A stretch of DNA of 64,000 nt. It comes from Octopus sinensis (Eukaryota). Made by a program: the position numbers and the translations under genes. Below, in pieces: positions 25,289 through 36,429 of this stretch. The first letter of the stretch is position 1. Each line of letters begins with the position of its first letter. The stretch covers positions 7,068,001 to 7,132,000 of the forward strand of contig NC_043002.1 in assembly GCF_006345805.1 (NCBI RefSeq). Reading direction: 5' to 3'. The notes below the pieces were generated by a model. It saw nothing but the letters and a program-made list of their open reading frames with translations, made no database searches and was not told the origin of the DNA.

Positions 25289-26810
25289 TGATGATGATGT
25301 TCGAACGTGTAAAAAAGTATTGACAGAAAAAAAGGACAGATAAATCCAAAACCGAGCTATGGTTGCGGAGACCTACATTTTTAGAAAGATTGCCCCTTTA
25401 AAGATAGGTAAAAAATTTAAGTGCTGTAAAATTGGGCAGAGACAGTCAAAATGCTTGTTGAAGAAAAATGTAATAAATGAGAAACCGAAGAAAGTCTGCT
25501 CAACAAAAGTAAATTATACCATAGAAAACCGAAAATTTGGTGTCGGTGAAAATAAATGGCTTTCAGAACAAAATGCAATTAGATACCGGTAATTGATACC
25601 AGTAATTGGAGGTAGGCCCCCAATTACCGGTAGATGAGGAATGTGCTAAAGTATTAATAATTAATGCTCATAAAGGTCTGTACCATTTCAAACGACTGCT
25701 ATTTGGGGTTTAGGTCGCACCAGCAATATTTCAGCAAGGGATGGATACTATGTATCTATGCAAACTGTAAGTTTGCGATCCTATACTTAGATGACATATT
25801 GATTAAAAGCGAATCGAGGGACTAGCATATGGAACATGTGAAAACTGTTTTTAAAAGAATAAGTGACTATAGATTTAAAGTAAGTGCAAATAAATGTGAT
25901 TTTTTAAAAACACAAATGAAGTACTTGGGACAGGTGATCGATGAAAACGGGCGAAAACCGGAACCTTCTGGAGTTGACGCGATAAAAAATGTGCCTACTC
26001 CCGCTAACAAAACAACATTACAAGCATTTTTAGGTCTGGTAAGTTATTACCAGTTGTACATACCTAAAGTGTATGAGCTAAGAACTCTGTTGAATAATTA
26101 ATTAAAGAAAGACACGAAATGAGGTTGGACAAACGAATGCCAGAAAACATTCGAGAAATTAAAAGAGGTTAAAATCAGAGTTATCATTAACTTATTTCTA
26201 CCCAAACCTGAAAATAATTGTGGCATCGGATGCCAGTGAATATGGAATAGGAGCGGTGAAATTGCATAAATTTAATGATGGTAAGCTCAATGCTATTGCA
26301 CATGCATCAAGACTTCTAGTAACAGATAAAAAAAATACAGCCAGATCGAAACAGAGGCTTTATCATTAATTTTCGTAGTAAAGAATTTCCATAAATTTCT
26401 ACACGGTAGGAAGTCTAAACTGCAGACTGATCACCGACCGTTACTGTCTATTTTCGGTTCGAAAAAGGGTATCCCCACGTATTCAGCAAACCGTTTACAG
26501 TGCTGGGGGGACTACCCCGGTGAAGTATAATGTTCAGATGGAGTTTTTGCCATCAAAGAAAATGGGTCCGCAGACGGGTTCTCTAGGCTAATTCCAAAAT
26601 ATAAAGAACTTTTTGGAGACACTGTGATTGCATCCTAAAAACTAGAAATGGAACTGAAGAAAATTTTGTGCCATGTAGTGCGTGATCTGCCGGAAACGCT
26701 AGAAGGAATTAACTTAAAATCAGAAATGATAGTTCATAAACAAGCTAAAAAAATACTGTTGGAAAGTAATACGAAAAACATGAGCGGAACGTAGGTTCAA
26801 TGCATTATTC

Positions 26811-27209
26811 TTACTTACTTGTACTTGTGGCGACATTCACCCTGGGCGGGTTGAGTTGGCTTCCTCCACCACCCTCGAGGCATTGTATTCGCCATTGAGA
26901 ATTCTTGGAAGAGGTTTCGTGGGAATATGTGGTTTTGACAAAGCGGTCCCCAACAATCCCACATGTAGAGACATCCTGTTTGCCGCAGATTGTCCGCAGA
27001 CGCAGGGACAGTACGACCGAGGAGCCGCCGGTTGCCGAAACAGACACTCCGAGGATTTTCTGCCGGGTTGTGGCCCTAATACCACTCGGTGTCAGACCAA
27101 TCCGCCTTGGGTGGCCCTACCAGGAACCGAAGTTCCCGACGGCATAGCTCTGACACTACCCGTTGCCAGCATCCCCACTACGGTGAGGAGGGGATGGACT
27201 TTGAGGACG
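26811..27209 (-). mobile_element. Non-autonomous RTE-derived retroposon with 13-bp TSD
   Basis: CAATGCATTATTC is duplicated at 26798-26810 and 27210-27222. The minus-strand 3' end ...GGGTGAATGTCGCCACAAGTACAAGTAAGTAA has an RTE-type tail. GC-rich; interrupts Gypsy pol. Confidence 0.85.
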
Positions 27210-27749
27210 CAATGCATTATTCAGTATGTGATGATGTTTTATTATATGCACAAAGGTAGGTAATACCTGAAGCATTGCAAAACAGAATATTGAAAGATTT
27301 CCATGTAGGATATTCGGGGATTGCCCGGATGAAAAGTCTCATGTGGTGTTACGTGCATTGGCCAAATATAGACAAAGAAATCCAGAGACTGGTAAAAACA
27401 ATGTAAGGGTTGCACTATGACAGCAAAGGCGCCTCCAGTGCAGAAACAGCCGTGGCCCAAAACGGATTGAGATTGGCCTAGTCTGCATGTGGATTTTACA
27501 GGACAATAAATGGCTCTTATTATATCATCGTGGTAGATAGCTATTCGAAATGGCCTGAAGTGTGTAGATGTTCAAAGCCAACCACAAATTTTACTATTGA
27601 CTTCTTGGAATTTTTATATTACCGAAATAAACAAACTTGTAATTCGTTGGCAAAAATGTGTTGATTGTAATGGTATTTGTTGAAATATTGCTGAAATATA
27701 TTATGATGAATTTCGTGTTTCAAAATGTTGCTTACTTTTTACTCAGCTT

Positions 27750-27846
<97 letters not shown>

Positions 27847-27894
27847 TCAGACAGACAGACAGATACTTGTAAATTTACATATATATATATATAT

Positions 27895-28075
27895 ATATAT
27901 ATACAAAGTTAATCTAAACATGAAAACACAAAGAGAAAACACAACAACGCGAGGACGTGGAACAAATATAGTATTATTGGACGCTCAGGAAGGAAGGGAA
28001 GAAGGAGGGTTTAACGTTTCGAGCGGAGCTCTTCGTCAGAAACATAGGAAAAGGAAAGATCGCCAAAGATACACA
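27895..28075 (-). mobile_element. Solo Penelope-like pseudo-LTR
   Basis: Contains a canonical minimal hammerhead. Its downstream segment (TTCCTGAGCGT...AATA...TTTGTT) parallels the other pLTRs and ends at (TA)n. Confidence 0.75.
28009..28043 (-). ncRNA. Minimal type I hammerhead ribozyme motif
   Basis: Minus strand GUUU-CUGACGA-A-GAGC-UCC-GCUC-GAAAC-GUU-AAAC: complete core, 4-bp stem I, 4-bp stem II and palindromic ACGU stem III. Confidence 0.75.
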
Positions 28076-28146
28076 CGCGGTCACATATATATATATTTAT
28101 ATACACTCAGACGCGCGCACGCAAACATCAAAAGATACACACACAC

Positions 28147-28197
<51 letters not shown>

Positions 28198-28798
28198 CGT
28201 GCGCACGTGCACACACACTCAGCCATTTTAGACAGTCTGCTGCCTGTGGGGTACCTATCAAAGAGTCCACATTATTTTGATGTGAAAGAATCATTCGACG
28301 AATTTCATTTGTTTACCATGTGCATGATTATATATTTGTTGATGGAGGTATAAGCTTGAGTATATGTGTGTACTTGTGTGTATATGTGTATCCGTACAAG
28401 CGCCCGTTTGCCTGTTCTTCGCGGTTGTTTTGAGGGTGACAGACTTGCCGATAAGAATATCTTTGTTATCTAAAAGAGATTTATTAAACTAATCTACTAA
28501 GACGTGTTTCAGATTATTTAACTTTATACATAGTTTCGTTTTCTTTTTTTTTTCTATTTGTCTTTTGTTAGTGCTGGTTCTTCTGGATGGGGTCAGGGTT
28601 ATTGTGCATTGTGTTTAAGAAATAACGTACATTTAGAGAAAGATAGTACGCTGTCACAGGATTAATAACCTGCCAAGATCTCTAGAATTAATCTTACAAC
28701 AATCTTGTGGCAGACCGATTCTATAACCTAGTTTTGATTCCAAACTGCTTCTATGCTGATCTTGCTGCTGTTATTATTGCTGCTGCTGCTGTTGCTGC

Positions 28799-29158
28799 TG
28801 TTGAGCGAACGGTCTTCATTCCAGAGCTCGTAAGATGGGAAGAAATCCGAAACGTGGTCCTTTGCTATTCGTAAGACCCGCAGAAGAGAAAGCAGGTCAA
28901 CCCCCGACACCGAGAGCATCGACGTATGGATGAATGCGCATCCAGGCTCAGCGATTGTGTAGGAAGTCGGGGACAAGAAACAGGAAGAAATAATGAGAGA
29001 AGTTTGGGGCGAAAGAGTACAACAGGGGTCGCCACCACCCCCTGCCGGAGCCTCGTGGAGCTTTAGGTGTTTTCGCTCAATAAACACACACAACGCCCGG
29101 TCTGGGAATTGAAACCGCGAGTCCGCTGCCCTAACCATTGGGCCATTGCGCTTCCACT
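28799..29158 (-). mobile_element. SINE family A with a short deletion in the tRNA head
   Basis: Aligned to the other copies; deletion lies between CCGCGA direct repeats. Confidence 0.9.
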
Positions 29159-29466
29159 GCTGGTGCTGCTGGTGCTGTATGTAAGAAACAATTATTATTG
29201 CAATTTGTCTCAGTCCTGTATGTAGTAAGTAGGTACCGAAAGTGACAAGGGAGCCATTATGTAAGTCGCTTGACCTATTAGAAATAGCTGCCAATTTTCC
29301 TTCAAATCATGTCTTACCATTTTAAAAGTGAAAGTATTCATTTGAAAATGTGACTCAAGATATTCATTAAATCTGAAGAAAAAAAGTTGGAATGGTTATG
29401 CATTGGACACATTGTGTTATAGGGTTGCTTAACCAGTTTATATGTGTGTTTGTATGCACAGAAATC

Positions 29467-29551
<85 letters not shown>

Positions 29552-29956
29552 ATAGATGAGTGTATTTATATACATAATTGCTCGAGGACTACGTTGGCGC
29601 GTGTGCGTGCCTATATATTTTGCTTGTACGGTTTGTATATTACAAATATTTATGTCATGGCCGCCTGTATTTACGTGTGCATCACTCTTTCTCTCGCTCT
29701 CTCTCTCTATTTCTATCTCTCGCTTTCTCTCTTTTTATACGTGTGTGTTTGTGTATTTTTTCTCCTTATATGTGTGAGCGTATACGTATGCGTGGTTTTG
29801 TATGGCGATATCGCATGTCCCTGCCTTTACCTCTCTTCTCTTCCCTTACTATTTGATACATCTCTGTCCTCCTTCCTTACCTCCCTCTTTCTCTCACTCT
29901 CTCTCTCTCTTCTTTCTCTGACGTATATGCACATTCATACACACACACACACACAC

Positions 29957-30004
<48 letters not shown>

Positions 30005-30959
30005 CTAATCCTAATTTATTTACCCGTCAACGCCAGTTAACATTTCATTTCTCTCCAACGAAGCCTTCTGCCGAAACGTTAGATTTCTCCTCTTCCTCGT
30101 GGCATAAATCATATTACTGTTTTATGTATGCTTACAACTCTTTGCCGACGCACAGCATTACTAGCTTTCTCAGGTTCTACTGTTTTACTAAAATATCATT
30201 GATGGCTACATCGTCAGCTCCTTCGATCCCTCAATTTTCAAATCCATTCTTTTGTCACAACAGAAGTGAGGGAGGCGGCGACGACGGCGATAGGAGTCTT
30301 CACGGAACTCAGCTCTTGTTACTCTTACAGAATTGTGCCTGATTAAAATGGCGAAGATACCATAACGATGATATCTTCTCAATGTTGATGGACGGACGCC
30401 ATGAAGTCCTATGTGTCCCTTACATTGATCTACAACACACATCGATGACATAATACAAACAACTGACCCTCTCATTATTAGTACCTGTATTTAATGAAAT
30501 AGCTTCAGTTTTAATTGGCTCCATAGATTAGTGTAAATCCTTAAAGTTTTAGCCGTGATCAAATATGATGTTGCTACCTTCTTGTATTTCACCGGTGAAA
30601 TAATTAGTAATAAAAGGTAAGTCTAATAATTTACAATTTGTAATGAAGGCCGATATGAAACTAAGATTCTCCTCTGTTCTTAAGACTATTTACTCAGCGA
30701 AAATTATGAATAATATAATGTGTTTTGTAATATCCAGAAAAATTTGGCTGTGTTCAAACATATTTTGAAAATGGCTTAAAAGCATATAGATCTTGCTGGT
30801 CACTTACAGCCGACATTTCTTTTGAGTTTACTTTTGCTGTACAGAAACATAGGTTAAAAACTGGCTTCTGAAAATTTCATCTTCGACCGCTAAATCGTAT
30901 GGGAAACAAGAGAAAAAAAATATCTTCGATGGTACGGAAACATTATAAATTTGTTCGAG

Positions 30960-31460
30960 ATATCATCATCATTGTTCGACCGTGGTAGAGACAATGGAAT
31001 TTACTATGTTACGCCAGACTTCACGGTCCAGCATAGCATTACGGAGGTCCTGTTACTGGATGCCTGTATCCCAGGAGATTACATCAGGGTAGGAGAGTGT
31101 GCGCCCTCTGGTATCGCGGCCAGATGGCTTCCAGGGAAGAAGAGTAGAAATTACCTCTTTTTCAGCTCTACAACAATGTCCAGCAAACTGGACTCTTCTA
31201 CCTTTCACAAGAGATGATACAGGTGGTAATTTCCCATATATTTGTACTTTGGTTGGATGACGCTTCCACGAGAGATTTTGAGCTCTCATAAGGAGGCGAG
31301 TGTAAGTTCCATCCAACCGCCCCTCAAGCTTCTTTGAGATATACCGCAAATTAGTTCTCCGTTTAAGTTCACCAAAGCGAATTACTTTGCTTGAACTCTC
31401 TGTGCAATTTGGAAGTACCGTGAAAGAAGCATACGTATTCAAGACCGAAAAATTCAAGAC
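30960..31460 (-). mobile_element. 5'-truncated RTE-clade LINE
   Basis: LDGTYTRLLMRAQNLSWKRHPTKVQIYGKLPPVSSLVKGRRVQFAGHCCR; 3' end GGTCGAACAATGATGATG. Confidence 0.8.
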
Positions 31461-32454
31461 CAGTCTGGCCTACAGCCTGAGAGAAGCCAACTTCCGGTTC
31501 AAGGTTCTCGCTATAGAGGACAGAGTAAAAATTTTGTGCGCAAATCTGCTTACGATAAAATGAAAGAACTCCCAATCTCTGGAAAGAACAGGACCAAAGC
31601 TCTAAAGGCAATAGCAGCGATAGCGGAAATGTGTTCTAGCTGGATCTGGTCGAGAAGGAGCAAAAACGACCTCCAAGCCGTTTGAAGGCTTCTATTTTCA
31701 TGCTAAGGGAAGTAACTCTGAGTGAGAAATTTTGGTAGCGTTGAGTCACACCGCTGCCATGACAACCAATGTTATTTCGTATTTAAATTTAAATTTAAAG
31801 CCTGTGTCAACGGAGAGAATATTCCAATTAGATGAAATCAATAGGCGATTTAAATGCACAAATCTCCGATATCCAAGTGGCTAAAACGTGTCAGCAGAAG
31901 GGCACCGAGGAATCATGATTAGGATGCAGTCCGGCCACATTAGAGGGTAAATAAGTTAGGGGCCGAAACATTTGCTTGAGTGGGATTTTTCCTCTGAAGC
32001 CCTTCTGCTTTTCAGCTCTCTTGAGAGTTACCGCTAGTTCCACATTTAAGTGATGAAAATATATATTTTCTCATTCTAATTCGTTGGAGAACATGTCCAA
32101 TAAATTTGGGCTATATTTGAAGAGAAGAATTTATTGAATTCATCTTAAACTCAGCCATCTATGTTTAAAGATATGCTGGTCTGATTATATAATCTAAATG
32201 CTAATATTCAAAAGTTCGTATTCAAATTCCACGAATCTCAAACTTCAGACAAACTACATACGTAGTTTTCGTTTTTTTATTTCGAATTCGGTGTGTTACT
32301 TATTTGACATTTACATGTTCATAAAGCTACGCTGCTCTTTATGCATGAATGCAATTGAATCATCCATGTTAGAAATAGTATGTATGTCTCCATATGTTTG
32401 TTTGTGTATGTATGTATGTATGTATGTATGTATGTATGTATGCATGATCTTATC

Positions 32455-32650
32455 AGTCGCCATGATAGATCGTTAGCCACTACACACATTTTTTTCTCTC
32501 CTTGTTTTTTCTGTGTCCCTTTCTGTATAAGAGCGTGGGCTCGAAACGTAAAAGACTTTTTTTCTATTCCTGAGCGTTATACTAATACATCTGTTTGTTT
32601 TGTAGACCACCTGTCTTCGTCTTTTGTTTTTTTCGTAAACTCTCCCTATG
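32455..32650 (+). mobile_element. Solo Penelope-like pseudo-LTR with hammerhead-like motif
   Basis: Paralog of 13905-14087; CTGTATAAGAGCGTGGGCTCGAAACGTA at 32523-32550. Confidence 0.75.
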
Positions 32651-33294
32651 TATGTATGTATGTATGTATGTATGTATGTATGTATGTATGTATGTGTGTG
32701 TGTAGGTAGGTAGGTAGGTAGGTAGGTAGATAGGTAGGTAGGTGGGTAGGTAGGTAGGTAGGTAGGTAGGTAGGTAGGTAGGTAGGTAGGTAGGTATTAA
32801 ATTCGTTAATCAGAAAATCGGTAACTTAATTTTCGCTAACCAGTGCAACTACATAATTAATTATACTTATTTATACATACGAAGAAGGGTTAAAATAAGT
32901 CCAGGAGTCATTACTGATTCGTCTGCTTTTAATTCGTTGTACATGTTGTTAGTGCTAATAGGCGTGAATTACACACATCTCCCATAAATATTAATGGCAC
33001 GTTACAGTTTTAGACTTGTTCGATTCATTAATCTGAAATCTTTGGTTGTACTGGTTTACCACCAAAATGTGCTGGACACAAAACCAGTCAATCTTTAGTG
33101 ATTCTGAGCCAATGATTTCAAAAATCTTGCTCATTTTCAAGATTAACAAGCTTTTTCTTTTCTTTCTTCTTTTAATTTAATCTTCAATAAAATGAAACCG
33201 TTTGCTGTCTCGGGAAAAGAGTGTTAATTGATATAAATCTTTGGTCGCTAATTATGGCGAGGATATTCATTTTTAAGAGTTTTGGAGATACATA

Positions 33295-33608
33295 ATTACT
33301 CTTTTACTCTTTTACTTGTTTTGCCGAACCGCTAAGTGACGGGGACGTAAACACACTAGCATCGGTTGTCAAGCAATGCTAGGGGGACAAACACAGACAC
33401 ACAAACATATACACACACATACATATATATATATACATATATACGACAGGCTTCTTTCAGTTTCCGTCTACCAAATCCACTCACAAGGCATTGGTCGGCC
33501 CGGGGCTATAGCAGAAGACACTTGCCCAAGATGCCACGCATTGGGACTGAACCCGGAACCATGTGGTTGGTTAGCAAGCTACTTACCACACAGCCACTCC
33601 TGCGCCTA
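33295..33608 (-). mobile_element. SINE family C
   Basis: Head CAGGAGTGGCTGTGTGGTAAG on the minus strand; tail AAAAGAGTAAAAGAGTAA; the hairpin region is deleted. Confidence 0.88.
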
Positions 33609-34483
33609 ATTGTGTCCCATTTTAATTTCTTCAGAACCAATGGAGCATCAGTTACAACCAAATGTATACACATGAATTATATGACTTTTACTTAGAGTTT
33701 GAAAAAGACCTTACGATACATTTTCCTGATTGTTTTGCTTTTAAGAGGTAAATAATGTCGCGTGCCTATCCGCGTATAGTCTAATAATAATCCGCAAATA
33801 TTCATAGGTTTCATATACCCTGATAACGTTTTCCCAGTAGTTATATCCTTGAAAAATCGTTTTTCTATGCTTTAATATTAAAAAAAAAACCATACGAGAA
33901 CCTACGTAATGTATTTTCACAGATATCTTGTGGCCCAGCTCTTGATAGGCCTGACAAGGTTTGCGATGAAGGTTTCATAGGTTCAGTTGGGTTTTTTCCA
34001 AATAAATTGTAACTGTTCTGAAAGCTTTCAAAGGATCATGAAATGAATCGTTTTTCGGAGATATTCGCATCTCAAGGTCGAAAAAAACACATTAAAAAAA
34101 TTGTATCACTAGTTACTGGAAATTTGATTTTTAGATTTAGGAATGCTGAAACTGTTGTGTCAGTATCTTTTGCAAAACTTTGTGTAAATCCTTGCTTGAT
34201 ATGTAATGGAGACAAGCCGATATTTTTCAAGCTGAAAAGCGTTTTCTATGCAAGGTTCAACAGACTTTCTTTAACGCCATTCTTTCAGATTGTAGCGCAA
34301 ACCTCACGGTTAACTCCCTTTGCATGACTATTTGTTTAGCCCTAGGAAGCATCAACGCTTCCTGTCGGCCTTGACACATTTCCTGTGTTCTTATGTTTAC
34401 AAGGGAGAGACAAGCACCCCCACCCAGCTATATATATATTATATATGTGTATGTGTGTGTGTGTGCGTGTATGTGGAGGCGCG

Positions 34484-34950
34484 TGGCTTCGTGGTTAGGG
34501 TGTCAGCATCATGATCGTAAGATTGTCGTTTCGATTCCTGGACCGGGTGACTCGTTGTGTTCTTGAGTAAAGCATTTCATTTCGCGTTGCTCCAGATGGT
34601 TCCGGGTTCAGTCCCACTGCGTGGCATCTTGGGCAAGTGTCTTCTGCTATAGCCCCGGGCCGACCAATGCCTTGTGAGTGGATTTGGTAGACGGAAACTG
34701 AAAGAAAGCCTGTCGTATATATGTATATATATATGTATGTGTGTATATGTTTGTGTGTCTGTGTTTGTCCCCCTAGCATTGCTTGACAACCGATGCTGTT
34801 GTGTTTACGTCCCCGTCACTTAGCGGTTCGGCAAAAGAGACCGATATAATAAGTACTGGGCTTACAAAGAATAAGTCCGGGGTCGATTTGCTCGACTAAA
34901 GGTGGTGCTCCAGCATGGCCGCAGTCAAATGACTGAAACAAGTAAAAGAG

Positions 34951-34952
<2 letters not shown>
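34484..34952 (+). mobile_element. Chimeric SINE: a different tRNA head fused to a family C body
   Basis: GGAGGCGCGTGGCTTCGTGGTTAGGGTGTC...GTTTCGATTCC...GTTGCTCCAG (34484-~34596) runs directly into ATGGTTCCGGGTTCAGTCCC of family C. Confidence 0.75.
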
Positions 34953-35030
<78 letters not shown>

Positions 35031-35032
<2 letters not shown>

Positions 35033-36407
35033 CAAAGGCTTTTGACTTGGTAAGTAGAAAAGGCCTCTTCATCCTGCTCCAAAAAATCGGATGTCCACCA
35101 AAGCTGCTGAGGATCATCAAGTCTTTCCATGATGACATGCAAGGCACCATACAACACAACGGTTCAACATCAGCCGCCTTCCAAATAAAAAACGGGGTAA
35201 AGCAAGGCTGTGTCCTCGCTCCTACATTGTTTGGCATCTTCTTCTCACTCTTACTGTCACATGCCTTTCAGACATCAGATGATGGAGTGTTTCTGCACAG
35301 TAGAAGTGACGGGAAACTGTTCAATCTCTCGCGCCTGTGTGCCAAGACCAAAATCAGAAACGTCCTGATCAAGGAGATGTTATTTGCTGATGATGCCGCT
35401 CTGGTAACACACACAGAAGAAGCCTTCCAAAGGCTCATTAACTGTTTTGAGCAAGCATTAACGACTTTGGTTTAGCTATCAGCCTTAAGAAGACCAATAT
35501 CATGGGCCAGGCTACATCGGACATCCCAAACATACATATTGGAGACCACAGATTACAAGAGGTGGAGAAGTTTACCTATCTGGGCTCTACCGTCACCTAC
35601 AACCTATCCCTTGACGCTGAGCTCAATATACGCATTGGCAAGGCAGCTGCTGCGATGGCCCAACTCTCCAAACGGGCTTGGGACAACAATAAGCTGACCA
35701 AGACCACAAAAATGAAGATCTACCAGGCATGTGTACTCAGCACTCTACTGTATGGAAGCGAGACCTGGACGCTATACACACGCCAAGAGCGTCGCCTAAA
35801 CATCTTTCACCTGCGCTGCCTCCGAAAAATCCTCCACATCAAATGGCAGAATCATATCCCCAACAAAGATGTCCTCAAGCAAGCAGGAATACCAAGCATG
35901 TTTGCACTCCTCACACAAAGACGTATGAGATGGCTTGGGCATGTTAGCCGTATGAAAGATGGCAGAATCCCCAAGGACATACTCTACGGAGAGCTTGCTA
36001 GGGGTACTAGGTCTGTGGGTAGACCGATCTTACGTTACAAGGATGTTTGCAAAAGGGATATGAAGGCCTGCAACATCAACATTAGCGGTGGGAGGCAGTC
36101 GCCGGCAACCGTGGAGAATGGCGACGTACAGTAAAAGAGGGTACAAGGAGTGACAGAGAGAGAGAGGAGAAATGGAAAGAAAGGAAAGACATAAACAAGT
36201 TACCATGGCACTACAACCAGCCAGGAACAGTCTTCGCTACATTTGCAGTACCTGCCAGAGGGAGTGTTTGTCCAGGATAGGACTACACAGCCACAGCAAG
36301 AAATGTATCAGGAAATAAAATATAACAGCCGGACTAGACCTAAAAAAAAAAAAAAAATGCGCAACTCCATTGTCTCCCGAGACAGAAAGGATGCCAATAC
36401 AATACAA
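35031..36407 (+). mobile_element. 5'-truncated RTE-clade LINE
   Basis: KAFDLVSR, NGVKQGCVLAPTLF, LFADDAAL, FTYLGS, LLYGSETW, RWLGHVSRM. Frameshifts near 35470 and ~36085; 3' tail TGTCTCCCGAGACAGAAAGGATGCCAATACAATAC; (TA)n on both sides. Confidence 0.95.
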
Positions 36408-36429
36408 TATATATATATATATATTAACA

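Larger units (their letters stand above)
22639..27610 (+). mobile_element. Decayed Ty3/Gypsy retrotransposon (Mag-like), 3' end missing, several nested insertions
   Basis: gag (ILPRNP...TYAGNVNKACEMFKL...DAEIRKRIL; two CCHC knuckles at ~25350-25460); protease KMQLDTG (~25570); RT (KGLYHFKRLLFG, YLDDILI, YLGQVID); RNase H (DASEYGIGAV, TDHRPLLSIFG); integrase (HVGYSGIARMKS, LHVDFTG, VVDSYSKWPEV). Confidence 0.9.

Noticed and set aside
26990-27209. HDV-like, twister or hammerhead assignment for the folded 5' end of the RTE derivative
   Set aside because: By eye I could not place the nested pseudoknot and catalytic C of HDV-like ribozymes, the twister L4/L1 pairings, or a CUGANGA/GAAA core. It is reported only as an unassigned structure.
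30328-30484. Candidate 156-nt minus-strand exon (AG...GTAAGA, open frame VLIMRGSVVC...)
   Set aside because: Weak acceptor, no recognisable protein similarity and no partner exons.
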